DNA from: Candidatus Woesebacteria bacterium | GTDB taxonomy: Bacteria > Patescibacteriota > Microgenomatia > UBA8517 | Assembly: GCA_016432365.1 (NCBI GenBank) | Contig: CP066686.1 | Coordinates: forward strand, 346,906 to 410,905 | Direction: 5' to 3' | DNA: 64,000 bases | Part shown: positions 1 to 10,388 of the stretch, piece by piece | Position numbering within the stretch: the stretch's first letter is position 1 | Layout of the letters: every line of letters begins with the position of its first letter | Notes under the pieces: model-generated | Databases searched by the model: none | Seen by the model: only the letters and a program-made list of their open reading frames with translations | What the model was told of the DNA's origin: nothing | Made by a program: the position numbers and the translations under genes

Positions 1-11
1 TGGGGATCGAT

Positions 12-1211
12 ATGATAATTTCTGATCACCATCAGCAAGGGAAAATAAAACCAAAACCGTTGGCACTTATTTATACAACTCAAATTGGAGGCTCTGCGGT
101 GGCGTGGTTTTTTGCAAGAGAAATCGTTAAAAGATTTAAGATTGATGATTCAAGATTTAAGATTGGGGAACGACTACAACTCGCTGCTATTGGAACAGTA
201 GCCGACCAGCTTCCGCTTACCGGGCCAAGCAGATCAATCGTCAAACACGGCTTGGAAGAATTGAGAAATACAAGAAGACCGGGGCTTTTGAGTTTATTTG
301 AAGAAGGAAGAATAGAAAGGGAAAATGTCGGAACCTATGAAATTGGATTTCTGATTGCCCCAAGAATAAATTCGATGGGGCGTCTTAAACACGGACTGGA
401 ATCTTTACGGCTTTTGTGTACAAAGGATAAAGTAAAAGCTAAGGAAATTGCAGGAAATATCGGAAGAACCAATTCCGATAGACAAAAAATTGTTGACGAA
501 GTAGTTTTGCATGCCAAAAAGTCTTTTGCCGAGATTGAAAAACAATCAGTAATTATTTTGGCTGATGAAAGTTATCACGAGGGTGTGATTGGTCTTGCGG
601 CGGCAAAATTGGTGGAAGAGTTTTACAGGCCTGCAATCGTTTTGTCGATAAAAGAAGGTGTGGCTAAGGCCTCGGCCAGGTCGATTTCCGGATTTAATAT
701 TATCGAGTCAATTAGAAAATTTGAAGATTTGTATATCGAAGGAGGGGGACACCCAATGGCTGCCGGTTTTTCTATAAAAACTGAAAATATTCCTGAGTTT
801 TCCCATCGTTTGAACAAACTGGCAAAAGGAATGTTGACAGAAGAGCTACTTCAAAGAAGACTTAAAATAGACTTAGAACTTGATTTTGGAAAAATCAACC
901 CTGAGCTTGTCGAATGGGTTAAAAAATTTGAACCTTCAGGACTCGGAAATCCATCACCAATTTTTGTGAGTAAGAATGTAGAAATTATCTCAGTCAAAAC
1001 TGTGGGGAGGGACTCAAAACATCTTAAACTTAAACTAAAACAGAATGAACATATTTTTGACTCGATATTTTTTGGTGGGGGAGAAATTTACTCAAAACTA
1101 AAAACAGGGGCAGATTCAAACATTAACATTGTTTATCATCTAGAAGAAAATGTTTGGAATGGGAGGTCTGCTATTCAGTTGAAAATTAGGGATTTACGAC
1201 ATGCCAACTAA
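12..1211 (+). CDS. recJ: ssDNA exonuclease RecJ (5' part lies outside the window)
   Basis: DHH motif, GTVAD, PRINSMGRL, SARS and GGHPMAAG (DHHA1) motifs, C-terminal OB fold. Confidence 0.95.
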   Translation: MIISDHHQQGKIKPKPLALIYTTQIGGSAVAWFFAREIVKRFKIDDSRFKIGERLQLAAIGTVADQLPLTGPSRSIVKHGLEELRNTRRPGLLSLFEEGRIERENVGTYEIGFLIAPRINSMGRLKHGLESLRLLCTKDKVKAKEIAGNIGRTNSDRQKIVDEVVLHAKKSFAEIEKQSVIILADESYHEGVIGLAAAKLVEEFYRPAIVLSIKEGVAKASARSISGFNIIESIRKFEDLYIEGGGHPMAAGFSIKTENIPEFSHRLNKLAKGMLTEELLQRRLKIDLELDFGKINPELVEWVKKFEPSGLGNPSPIFVSKNVEIISVKTVGRDSKHLKLKLKQNEHIFDSIFFGGGEIYSKLKTGADSNINIVYHLEENVWNGRSAIQLKIRDLRHAN

Positions 1212-1411
1212 GCATTTTTTTGGATTGGGTATCTAACTTCACAATCCACCTTCTCTTTTACGAGAAATGTTTTTGTAACCCAGGTTTTTAGGTTTGGATC
1301 GAATATTTCCATTTCCTCCAGCCTGAATGTGTAATCGGAAGTGTTAATGCCACGGGAGGCCAGTGTTTCGATCGCAGACTCCAATTCGCTTTTTTGTCTT
1401 TCGTTTTTCAT
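1208..1411 (-). CDS. Small hypothetical protein (67 aa)
   Basis: ORF lying downstream of an attenuator-like leader; no recognisable motif. Confidence 0.5.
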   Translation of the reverse strand: MKNERQKSELESAIETLASRGINTSDYTFRLEEMEIFDPNLKTWVTKTFLVKEKVDCEVRYPIQKNA

Positions 1412-1433
1412 TTTACATATCTTTTTTTGGACT

Positions 1434-1548
1434 AAAAAAAACCTCTTTTATTAAGAGGTTTGTAAACTAAGCCAAAATATACAACCCCCTAAGTAAAGAG
1501 GTTAATTGTGACCATCTTGGCGCAAGGCGAAATTTTCATAATAATCAT
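1434..1548 (-). promoter_or_regulatory. Leader-peptide attenuator with intrinsic terminator
   Basis: uORF (MII)MKISPCAKMVTINLFT*; hairpin AACCTCT..AGGGGGTT; terminator AAACCTCTT-aata-AAGAGGTTT plus T run; alternative pairing GGGGTTGTA/TACAAACCTC. Confidence 0.6.
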
Positions 1549-1602
1549 GTATTTTTACAAATATTGACCCCCTGGTCAAGAGCTGAATATAAGTATGGTA
1601 GT

Positions 1603-1630
1603 TTGACAGATTAATATTTTCCTATATACT
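1603..1630 (+). promoter_or_regulatory. Sigma70 promoter of the T-box/aspS transcript
   Basis: TTGACA-16 bp-TATACT. Confidence 0.65.
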
Positions 1631-1638
1631 GGGTCTGG

Positions 1639-1755
1639 AAGCGATGATGGTAGTGACGCACCGGAGCTTGTAGTTTTAGAGAGTTATAAATAAGGGTGGC
1701 ACCGCGAGGAGACTCGCCCCTGTACCGTAATCTACGGGATAGAGGCGAGTTTTTT
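1639..1755 (+). ncRNA. T-box riboswitch (Asp specifier), minimal form
   Basis: AGGG-TGGCACC-GCGAG antiterminator; overlapping terminator plus T run; ultrashort stem I with GA/K-turn motif and GAC at 1655-1657. Confidence 0.85.
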
Positions 1756-1763
1756 GTTGTAGA

Positions 1764-3107
1764 ATGAAATATATGGAAAGAATATTAATTTGTGAAACAC
1801 CAAAGAAGATAGGTGACAAGGTTCGACTTGCAGGCTGGGTAAATGCTATCCGTGATCATGGAAAGATTACTTTCCTTGATCTAAGAGATAGGAGTGGCAT
1901 AGTCCAATGTGTTGGCAAGGATCTCGAAAAAGTATCATCTGAATCTGTTGTCGAAATAATTGGATCCATTGCTGAAAGACCCGAAAAGTTAATAAATCAA
2001 AATCTAAAAACGGGAAAGGTTGAGGTCCAGATCGAGGAATTGAAAATAATCAGCAAATCCGCAGAGTTGCCTTTTGATATAGGAACAGAAGACTTGAACC
2101 TTGAACTTCCCACGCTCTTGGATTTTAGAAGTCTCACTTTGCGACACCCCAAGATAAAGGCAATATTCAAAGTTCAGGAGGTGGTAATCGATTCATTCAG
2201 AAGAGCATTGCAGGCAAAAGATTTTTTTGAATTTCAAGCGCCATCGATAATTTCCTCGGCCCCCGAGGGTGGAGCAGAAATATTTGAAGTAGATTATTTT
2301 GGACATAAGACTTATTTAGCTCAAAGCCCACAACTGTACAAATCACTACTGGTAAGCATTTTTGAAAGAGTTTTCAGTGTCAATAAAGTATTTAGGGCCG
2401 AACCAAGTGTTACCACGCGCCATTTAACCGAAGTCGTAAGTTTGGACGCTGAGTTTGGTTTTATTGAAGATTACTTAGAGGTAAAGGAAATGGCTGAATA
2501 TACGATCAAATTTGTTTTAGATCAAGTTGCTGAAAAATGTGCGAAAGAACTTGAAATGTGGGGAGCTACGATCCCTAAAGTTTCAAAAAGCATTCCGATA
2601 ATTAAGTTGAGAGAGGCTCAAGAAATAATTTATAAAAGAACAGGAAGAGACTGCCGTAAAGAAAAAGATTTGGCCCCCGAAGACGAACGCGAAATTTGCA
2701 AATGGTCTCTGGAAGAAAAAGGCTCCGATCTCGTCTTTGTAAGCCATTATCCTACAAAGGCAAGACCGTTTTATACATACCCGGATCCGGAGGACCCCGA
2801 ATTTAATCAAGGTTTTGATTTAATTGGAAGGGGGACTGAATGGATGACAGGTGGCCGTAGAATTCACGATTATCAGACGCTAATGGAACATGTCAAAGAA
2901 TGGGGGATAACACCTAAAAATATAGAACTTTACTTGCAAGCTTATAAATATGGAATGCCTCCTCTTGGAGGATTTGCATTTGGGGCTGAGAGGATAACAA
3001 TGCATATTTTAGGACTTAAAAATGTTCGTGAAGCATCGCTTTTCCCGAGAGATATGGAACGGGTCGACTTTAGATTCTCGCAAACCGAAGAAGACTCTTC
3101 AAAATAA
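1764..3107 (+). CDS. aspS: Aspartate-tRNA ligase, short archaeal-like (probably non-discriminating) type
   Basis: OB fold, EGGAE, LAQSPQLYK, motif 2 FRAE, motif 3 GGFAFGAER, FPRD; lacks the bacterial GAD insertion. Confidence 0.93.
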   Translation: MKYMERILICETPKKIGDKVRLAGWVNAIRDHGKITFLDLRDRSGIVQCVGKDLEKVSSESVVEIIGSIAERPEKLINQNLKTGKVEVQIEELKIISKSAELPFDIGTEDLNLELPTLLDFRSLTLRHPKIKAIFKVQEVVIDSFRRALQAKDFFEFQAPSIISSAPEGGAEIFEVDYFGHKTYLAQSPQLYKSLLVSIFERVFSVNKVFRAEPSVTTRHLTEVVSLDAEFGFIEDYLEVKEMAEYTIKFVLDQVAEKCAKELEMWGATIPKVSKSIPIIKLREAQEIIYKRTGRDCRKEKDLAPEDEREICKWSLEEKGSDLVFVSHYPTKARPFYTYPDPEDPEFNQGFDLIGRGTEWMTGGRRIHDYQTLMEHVKEWGITPKNIELYLQAYKYGMPPLGGFAFGAERITMHILGLKNVREASLFPRDMERVDFRFSQTEEDSSK

Positions 3108-3113
3108 GCTGCA

Positions 3114-4094
3114 ATGAATTTACTTACCAAAAAAGACCATTTTTTGTTTTTGGCAATTTTGGCTTTTGTTTTTATATCTTCCACTGCCCTTGCCTTATCC
3201 CGATCTTACAATTTTACAAAAATTTACCAAATTGTAGTAAAGGGTGAAGATAAAAAATATCCTCCTAACCCAGTTCTTAAACAAAATTCAACCTTTCCTG
3301 TTCTTTCTGCTCAAGGAGTTCTGGTTGCGGATTTAAATTCCGGTGTGACACTCTACGAAAAAAATGCTGATCAAAAACTCCTACCGGCGTCGACTACAAA
3401 GATTGTCACGGCTCTTGTGGCCTTAGATTATTATCCGTTAAATCAGGTAATTACCGTTGGACCTGAGGTTAGGGTTGTTGGGCAAAAAATGGGACTTTTT
3501 AAGGGTGAACAAATGAAGGTGGAGGATCTCTTATACGGACTTCTGGTTTATTCTGCAAACGATGCGGCGGAAGTTTTAGCAAACAACTATTGTGCCCCAA
3601 AAGGACCAGAACAAACCCAAACTGGCGAGACGGTGTTTTGTGGATATGACGCCTTTATTTATGCCATGAACAAAAAAGCAAATGAGCTTTCCATGATTAA
3701 CAGCCACTTCGACAATCCGGTTGGCCTCGATACCGAAGGTCAATACGCAACCGTAAGAGATTTGGTTAGAGTTTCGGAGGTGGCCATGAGAAATCCGACT
3801 TTTGCAAAAATAGTTGGGACAAAACAAGTTACTTTTAAAGATGTAACCGGTAAATTTGCGTACAATCTTAATAATATTAATGCGCTTTTGGGGAGTGTCC
3901 CAGGGGTATTGGGAGTAAAAACTGGCTGGACAGAAAATGCCCGCGAAAATTTAGTAACATACATTGAACGCGATGGGCACAAAGTTATGATTGCAGTTTT
4001 GGGAAGCCAGGACAGGTTTGGAGAAACAAAAGAACTTATCGATTGGATATTTTCAAGCTACGAGTGGCAGGAAGTAAATCCTTACTCCCCGTAG
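3114..4094 (+). CDS. D-alanyl-D-alanine carboxypeptidase (peptidase S11)
   Basis: STTK, SAN and KTG motifs; N-terminal membrane anchor. Confidence 0.92.
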   Translation: MNLLTKKDHFLFLAILAFVFISSTALALSRSYNFTKIYQIVVKGEDKKYPPNPVLKQNSTFPVLSAQGVLVADLNSGVTLYEKNADQKLLPASTTKIVTALVALDYYPLNQVITVGPEVRVVGQKMGLFKGEQMKVEDLLYGLLVYSANDAAEVLANNYCAPKGPEQTQTGETVFCGYDAFIYAMNKKANELSMINSHFDNPVGLDTEGQYATVRDLVRVSEVAMRNPTFAKIVGTKQVTFKDVTGKFAYNLNNINALLGSVPGVLGVKTGWTENARENLVTYIERDGHKVMIAVLGSQDRFGETKELIDWIFSSYEWQEVNPYSP

Positions 4095-5134
4095 TAGTCC
4101 GATTTTACAGCAGGCAGATAGGCGGTAAATCCGTTATCCCCCTCAAAAACATAAATGGGTTGGAAGAAATCGGTTATGGTATCAGGGTCAAAGTAAGCAA
4201 GGTAAACCCTTCTTATTTTTAGCGTATCACCATCCTTTGTTAATCCAATGTCTGCTACGAACGCATTTCCGGCTGTAAACTCGGCATACGCCTCGGTTGG
4301 GGTTTTAAGAGGGTAAGTCGAGAATTGAGTTTCGTCGACAGGAAAGTAATGATACTCAGCAGCAATTAGTTGTTGTCGTTTATTGCTGGAACCACTCACT
4401 ATTGCCCAAACATTTGCTTTATTTGGATTACCGGTCATACTTGGCAAGTCGTCGTACTGCTTTCTGAATAAATTAACTTCTATTACATCGCTTTCGGATA
4501 AAGATAGTGCACTAATTAACTTTCCGTCAGATAACTTTAAAAAGTTATGAGTCACCGGTCCGGTCAAGTCGTCCGGTAAAACCCCGGCGGTGGAGAGTGC
4601 AGACCTAAACTTAGAAGCGGCAACTTCCGCGATTGGTGGTTTGGTAGCAATTGGGGATCTGTCCGCGATTAAATCATAACTTATGGAAAAAACTCCGGTA
4701 ATGATGTTAATTTCTAAGACCGAAGGAAAATTTGAACTCCCGAATCTGTACACAGTGTCAGACACTTGGATTGGATCCTTTGTAAATTCGAGAACCTTTG
4801 CTTTGTTTTTGGCAACATCAAGCGAAAGTAAATTTGCACTGATTTTCGGCATAAAGAAAACTTTTGCCTGCCCAGGAATATTGGCGGGAAGTCCGCCCTC
4901 AGGGGTTTCGAGAACATAATTTATTTTTGGAGACGGAGAACCAGAAGGGAAAGGGACTTTTGTGAGTTTTCCAAATTTTACTGTGGGTGGAGGAGGTGGG
5001 GCAGGAAAAACCTTTTTGTATATTGCCACTCCGGAATCAAGCAAAAACTTCCCTACTATTATAAATATTATGAAAAATATTCCATATCGGATGCCCTTTC
5101 TGGCATTTATGGCAACTTGGGTAAGGCCGGTCAT
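4082..5134 (-). CDS. Hypothetical membrane-anchored protein
   Basis: 350-aa ORF, N-terminal TM segment, Pro-rich linker. Confidence 0.8.
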   Translation of the reverse strand: MTGLTQVAINARKGIRYGIFFIIFIIVGKFLLDSGVAIYKKVFPAPPPPPTVKFGKLTKVPFPSGSPSPKINYVLETPEGGLPANIPGQAKVFFMPKISANLLSLDVAKNKAKVLEFTKDPIQVSDTVYRFGSSNFPSVLEINIITGVFSISYDLIADRSPIATKPPIAEVAASKFRSALSTAGVLPDDLTGPVTHNFLKLSDGKLISALSLSESDVIEVNLFRKQYDDLPSMTGNPNKANVWAIVSGSSNKRQQLIAAEYHYFPVDETQFSTYPLKTPTEAYAEFTAGNAFVADIGLTKDGDTLKIRRVYLAYFDPDTITDFFQPIYVFEGDNGFTAYLPAVKSDYYGE

Positions 5135-5325
5135 AGTTATATAGAGTATAAAAGCAGGAGAGCGGGAGAGTTTAAGTTCCGACTTATACTCTTCTACTCT
5201 TCTACTCTTTCAGTATATCGTGGCAGAGCTTCACGTTCAACTTGATATGGTGTAAGTCTACTTTTTTATCGCACAAAAAAAGATCTTGGCCATTTGCTAA
5301 AGCAAATGGTAAAATCTAAGGTACT

Positions 5326-6675
5326 ATGACAAAATTTCGTACTCGTTTTGCGCCTAGCCCAACAGGTTTTTTGCATATCGGTGGTCTTAGAACCGCTCTT
5401 TATGCCTACGCTTTGGCGAAACATAGCGGTGGAGATTTTTTACTTCGTATAGAGGATACCGATCAAAAACGTCAGGTTGAGGGGGCCACGGAAGCTTTGC
5501 AAAAAACTTTAAATAAATTTGATTTAGTTTGGGATGAATATTACGTTCAATCGGAAAGACAAGAAAAGGGACTATATCGCGTGGCGGCCGAAAAACTGAT
5601 TAAAGATGGTCATGCATTTTACTGCCAATGTAAATCTAAAAACGCCAAGGAGGAGGGATTTTCCAGCGTTCTTCGTGATCCATGCAGAGACAAAGGTTTA
5701 ATTGAGGGCGCTATTAAATTAAAAGTCCCGGAAAATAAAATGCTTTCTTATCGCGACTTCGTTCACAAAAAAGAAATTTCATGGAATAGCGATTCCGTTT
5801 ATGATGCAACCTTGCTCAAAACGGACGGATTTCCCACATACCATTTAGCGGTAGCGGTTGATGACACGGATATGAAGATAACACATATTTTGAGGGGACA
5901 TGATTGGCTCCCTTCCACACCGATTCACCTTTTAGTATTTGAATATTTGGGCGCAAAGGTTCCGGAAATAGGGCATGTTACAGATATCCTTTCGGCCGAA
6001 ACCGGTAAAAAATTATCAAAACGGCGCGATTCGGTTTTTGCTGAACAATTTTTGGATCAAGGATATCTTCCCGAAGCTCTTCTTAATTTTGTCATGCTTT
6101 TGGGGTGGGCTCCAAAAGATAATCGTGAACTTTTTACACTTTCGGAATTTGTCGAGCATTTTGATATTGGTGGTTTCCAAGAAGCGAATCCCAGGTTTTT
6201 GGTGGATAAATTGGATTGGTTTAATGGAGAATACATTCGCAAACTCAGCGACGCTGAGCTTTGCGAAAAATTCGAAAATCTAAATCCGAAATTCGAAACA
6301 ATGGATAAAAATTCCAAACTTGAAATTACAAAACTTCTGAAAGACAGGATTAAAAAGATTTCGGACATTAACACACTCGGTAAGTTTTTCTGGGAAGCAC
6401 CCACTGTTGACAAAAACTTATTTGGAGAAAACTACAAAGAACATTTGATCGGTGCATTTGAAGTATTCGAGAAAATTGAGGATGGGGACCTTGAAAGGTT
6501 GGGGATTTCTTTACTGGAGCTTTGCGACAGGAAAAAGTTTCCGCGAGGAGACTTTTTTATGACCATGCGTGTCGCTATTACTGGTCAAAAATTTACCCCA
6601 CCAATTAATGATTCTATGATAATTTTAGGAAAAGAAGAAACACTTGTTCGTTTGCATAAAGCTTTTAGCTCTTAG
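5326..6675 (+). CDS. gltX: Glutamate-tRNA ligase
   Basis: RFAPSPTGFLHIGG, LRIEDTD, KLSKR. Confidence 0.97.
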   Translation: MTKFRTRFAPSPTGFLHIGGLRTALYAYALAKHSGGDFLLRIEDTDQKRQVEGATEALQKTLNKFDLVWDEYYVQSERQEKGLYRVAAEKLIKDGHAFYCQCKSKNAKEEGFSSVLRDPCRDKGLIEGAIKLKVPENKMLSYRDFVHKKEISWNSDSVYDATLLKTDGFPTYHLAVAVDDTDMKITHILRGHDWLPSTPIHLLVFEYLGAKVPEIGHVTDILSAETGKKLSKRRDSVFAEQFLDQGYLPEALLNFVMLLGWAPKDNRELFTLSEFVEHFDIGGFQEANPRFLVDKLDWFNGEYIRKLSDAELCEKFENLNPKFETMDKNSKLEITKLLKDRIKKISDINTLGKFFWEAPTVDKNLFGENYKEHLIGAFEVFEKIEDGDLERLGISLLELCDRKKFPRGDFFMTMRVAITGQKFTPPINDSMIILGKEETLVRLHKAFSS

Positions 6676-6698
6676 TTATTCGTTTTTAGGTTTTTACA

Positions 6699-7646
6699 AT
6701 GTCTCACGATCTGCCCACCACGACATACAAAATAAATAGAGAGAGAGTTGATACTGAATTTATTCGCAACAAACTCAAGTTTAAAAGCTTGGGAGTTAAA
6801 AATTCATTTAATGAAAAGTACCCTCATGTTAAAAAGTTTTTTGATGACCATGGAATTGACCTCGGTAAAATTCGTGCACATTCTGCTAAAGTCATAGCAA
6901 CCGGGGCTTTGACCGGAACATTGCTTTTTGCTCCCCCCATGGGTGTTAAGAATTTGCCGCAATTAACAGAAGTTGTAAAAAATATGACGGATGGCCAGGC
7001 CTTGGGATCAAATATTCCTTATCAGGAACTTCTATTAAACAACCTTCATGCCATTCTCCCCCAAAAAATAGGCCCTCTGGATAGGTCTACCGAAAAAAGT
7101 TTAGAACAGGTTTTCCAGCAAATTATTGGGATAAATGCCAGGGCCGGGTTGGAAGGGGAACATTTAAATACTACATACGGTTACATAGGGGCGGAACAAC
7201 ATTTAATGCGCTATCCTGGGGACACTATGGCAACTCATCCTAAAATCCCAGAGCATGATGAAGGGATGGCGCCCGGACGTGGGGCATGGGGTTATGTTCC
7301 AGCCAAAAACGAAACATGGTATGCTGTTGTCCAAACCTTATATCTGCCCGATTGGAATACACGTCAGCCGTATTTACAAAATTGGTATAAATATAGAAAA
7401 GTCCTAATTGTTAACACGATAAACGGAAACGCAGTTGTCGCCGATATTGCAGACGCCGGCCCCGCAGCTTTCACCGGAAAACATTTTGGCGGAAGTCCTG
7501 AAGTTATGAATTATCTGGGAGGGCCAAGATATAAAAAAGGACCAGTTATAGTCTTTTTTGTTGACGATCCAAATAACAAAGTACCGCTTGGACCGGTAGA
7601 GTACAATATAGTCAATATACCTGGAGTTGAATTAACACAAGCATGA
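6699..7646 (+). CDS. Hypothetical protein
   Basis: 315-aa ORF; C-terminal DAGP region loosely resembles RlpA-like barrels. Confidence 0.75.
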   Translation: MSHDLPTTTYKINRERVDTEFIRNKLKFKSLGVKNSFNEKYPHVKKFFDDHGIDLGKIRAHSAKVIATGALTGTLLFAPPMGVKNLPQLTEVVKNMTDGQALGSNIPYQELLLNNLHAILPQKIGPLDRSTEKSLEQVFQQIIGINARAGLEGEHLNTTYGYIGAEQHLMRYPGDTMATHPKIPEHDEGMAPGRGAWGYVPAKNETWYAVVQTLYLPDWNTRQPYLQNWYKYRKVLIVNTINGNAVVADIADAGPAAFTGKHFGGSPEVMNYLGGPRYKKGPVIVFFVDDPNNKVPLGPVEYNIVNIPGVELTQA

Positions 7647-7975
7647 GCAAATTATTTTTCGACCACTTACTTGATTTAAAAGAAGTGGATAAACAAATCA
7701 AAAAAGTTGCTAAAACCCCCGAGGAAAGGGAAGAGCTATGGGGATTAATAGATGAAATTGTTCACCATAAAGTAATGGGGTGCATACTCGACAATCTTCC
7801 TCGAGAACACCACGGGGAGTTTTTAGAAATGTTTCACACTTCACCTCACGACGAAGAGCTGCTGTTTACATATTTGCGTAGAAAAGTGGGCGAGAATATC
7901 GAAGGCCTTATTAAACAAGAGATCGGCGGACTTGCCGCCGAAATCTTGGAAGAAATCAAAACTACTTCTTCATAG
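7643..7975 (+). CDS. Hypothetical protein
   Basis: 110-aa ORF coupled to the previous gene by an ATGA overlap. Confidence 0.75.
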   Translation: MSKLFFDHLLDLKEVDKQIKKVAKTPEEREELWGLIDEIVHHKVMGCILDNLPREHHGEFLEMFHTSPHDEELLFTYLRRKVGENIEGLIKQEIGGLAAEILEEIKTTSS

Positions 7976-8159
7976 TGAACATCTTGTAAAAAGCATACAC
8001 GCCGCTAAGTCCGACTAATATATATACCCATTGGGTAATCATTCCTACTCCAAACACCATTTCGACCAAATTATATTTAAAAGCTCCAACAAGACCCCAA
8101 TTAATAGCGCCAACGACTACCAAAATCCAAGTAATATAATCCAACGTGTTCATCTTCAT
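7962..8159 (-). CDS. DUF378 small membrane protein
   Basis: LVVVGAINWGLVG...YILVGLSG signature; GGAGG RBS. Confidence 0.9.
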   Translation of the reverse strand: MKMNTLDYITWILVVVGAINWGLVGAFKYNLVEMVFGVGMITQWVYILVGLSGVYAFYKMFTMKK

Positions 8160-8233
8160 ATATTTTTCACCTCCTTTTTAGTTACAATTCAGTATCCACT
8201 TTTTTTAGATCGCGTGTCAAGTTAGAATAGATT

Positions 8234-8572
8234 ATGGACAATCATTTTGGCGGGGTTATTTGGACGAACCACTCTTTAGACAGGTTGCGGGAGAGGGGAA
8301 TAAAACAAGGTGATGCGTGGGCAACCTGGAGAAGGCCTGACCAGTCTTATAAAGGAAATCTTCATAAAGGAGACGATGCTTGGAGATATTACAGGCAATT
8401 TGACGATCAAAGAATAGAAGTGGTTGCAAAACAAAATGAAAAAAAGGAATGGATAATACTTTCAGTCTGGTCACAACGGGTTTCCCGAAACTCCCCAGAT
8501 TCCAGATTTCAGATTCAAGATTCTAAAGTATCCTTTTGGCGCAAATTATATAATTTCATTTTTACAAAGTAA
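8234..8572 (+). CDS. DUF4258-like small protein
   Basis: WTNHSLDRLRERGI motif. Confidence 0.6.
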   Translation: MDNHFGGVIWTNHSLDRLRERGIKQGDAWATWRRPDQSYKGNLHKGDDAWRYYRQFDDQRIEVVAKQNEKKEWIILSVWSQRVSRNSPDSRFQIQDSKVSFWRKLYNFIFTK

Positions 8573-8600
8573 CGCGATTAGAGTACAATTCACACTTGGT

Positions 8601-9680
8601 ATGCGCAAACTATTTAATTTCTTAAATAATTGGAGACTCAAATGGGGCAAGTGGTTTTGGATTATTCTTGGAGTTGTTGCAATTATTATTTGGCGGATTA
8701 TAGTAAATTTAAACAAACCCGTCAAAGTTGAAACGTCGAAAGTTATAAATGGAAACCTGGTTCAGTCCGTGTCAACCTCGGGAACTGTTAAGGCGGATCA
8801 ATATGCTCCGCTTACCTTTCAGGGCGGAGGACTTGTAGCTTGGGTTGGAGTAAAAGCCGGGGACGTTGTTAAAAAAGGTCAGGGGATTGCACAACTCGAC
8901 GCGATTTCACTTAATGCGGCATATCAACAGGCACTGAATAATTACAGAAATTACCAGGCTACAGCAGAAAATGTTTTAGATCAGGTTAAAGATCACTCAA
9001 CAGACGAAACTTTTTCTCAAAAAGCCACAAGAACAACAGCTGAGGTAAACCGCGACAATGCGTATAATGCTGTTTTAGCTGCAAGAGATAACTTAAAAAA
9101 CGCCACAATTTATGCTCCTTTTGCCGGAATTATTGATTCAGTTGTTCCAGCTTCCGCCGGAGTTAACGTCTTGCCGGGAGCAGCTAACTATACAATTGTA
9201 AATCCTGCAACAGTTTATTTTGATGCGGAGGTAGAAGAAACTGATTTGCCAAATGTAAAGGTAGGACAGACGGTTGATATCAGACTTGACGCTTACCCCG
9301 ATATTTTATATCAAGGAAGGGTGGAAGTTATAGGGATGGTGGCTTTTACGTCCCGCACGGGGGGAAACGCTTATCATATCCGAATTAGCCTTCCGGACAA
9401 TGTCGATCAAAAATTCAAGGTGGGTATGGGTGGGGATACTGACATAATTTTTAATACAATTAATCAGGTACTTAAAGTTTCATCTTCTGCTGTTGTAACT
9501 GACACATCTAATTACGTTTGGATAGTTGAGAACGCTAGGGCTAAGAAAGTCAAAGTGGAGATTGGGGCAACGAGCATCGATGAAACCGAAATTAAATCTG
9601 GTCTAACGGAGGGTCAGACTATTATTTCTCAGCCACCAACCCTGCTTAAGCCGGGACAAAAACTAGTAACTAGTGACTAG
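8601..9680 (+). CDS. MacA-like efflux adaptor subunit
   Basis: TM segment, lipoyl-like halves, coiled coil, IYAPFAG. Confidence 0.9.
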   Translation: MRKLFNFLNNWRLKWGKWFWIILGVVAIIIWRIIVNLNKPVKVETSKVINGNLVQSVSTSGTVKADQYAPLTFQGGGLVAWVGVKAGDVVKKGQGIAQLDAISLNAAYQQALNNYRNYQATAENVLDQVKDHSTDETFSQKATRTTAEVNRDNAYNAVLAARDNLKNATIYAPFAGIIDSVVPASAGVNVLPGAANYTIVNPATVYFDAEVEETDLPNVKVGQTVDIRLDAYPDILYQGRVEVIGMVAFTSRTGGNAYHIRISLPDNVDQKFKVGMGGDTDIIFNTINQVLKVSSSAVVTDTSNYVWIVENARAKKVKVEIGATSIDETEIKSGLTEGQTIISQPPTLLKPGQKLVTSD

Positions 9681-9698
9681 TTGCTAGTTACTAGTCTT

Positions 9699-10388
9699 AT
9701 GTCTGTTTTAATTTCTCTATCCAAAGTTACAAAAACGTATAAATTGGGGGATGATGTAGAAGTCTCAGCTCTCAGAGGAGTAGACCTCAATATTAATGAA
9801 GGTGAATTTGTAGCAATAATCGGTCCTTCGGGAAGCGGAAAATCCACCTTAATGCATATGATTGGGATCCTTGACCAACCGACTACAGGTACAGTTGAGT
9901 TGGAAGGAAAAAATATAAGTAAACTTACCGAAGAAAAATTGGCGGAACTACGGAATAAACATATTGGTTTTGTTTTTCAAGCTTTTAATTTGTTACCAAG
10001 GACTTCTGCTTTGGAAAATGTAGAACTTCCGTTAATTTATTCAGGAGACTCGGCTTTGGTTAGAAAACAAAAAGGTGAAGAATCCTTAAGGGTTGTTGGA
10101 TTGGGTGAGCGAATGGACCATACCCCATCTCAACTTTCCGGTGGGCAGCAACAAAGAGTAGCAATTGCTCGGGCACTAATTACTAAACCTAGTTTGATTT
10201 TGGCGGATGAACCAACAGGAAATTTAGACAGCAAGGCCGGAGACGAGATAATATCTCTCTTGAAAGATCTTAATAAACAAGGAAATACGATTGTTTTGGT
10301 TACACATGAGCGGGAAATTGCCGAGCAGGCAAAAAGGATTGTTGAAATTAAAGATGGCCAAATAATTAGTGACAAAAAAATCAAATGA
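9699..10388 (+). CDS. MacB/LolD-family ABC ATPase
   Basis: [31 protein letters not shown]. Confidence 0.95.
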   Translation: MSVLISLSKVTKTYKLGDDVEVSALRGVDLNINEGEFVAIIGPSGSGKSTLMHMIGILDQPTTGTVELEGKNISKLTEEKLAELRNKHIGFVFQAFNLLPRTSALENVELPLIYSGDSALVRKQKGEESLRVVGLGERMDHTPSQLSGGQQQRVAIARALITKPSLILADEPTGNLDSKAGDEIISLLKDLNKQGNTIVLVTHEREIAEQAKRIVEIKDGQIISDKKIK

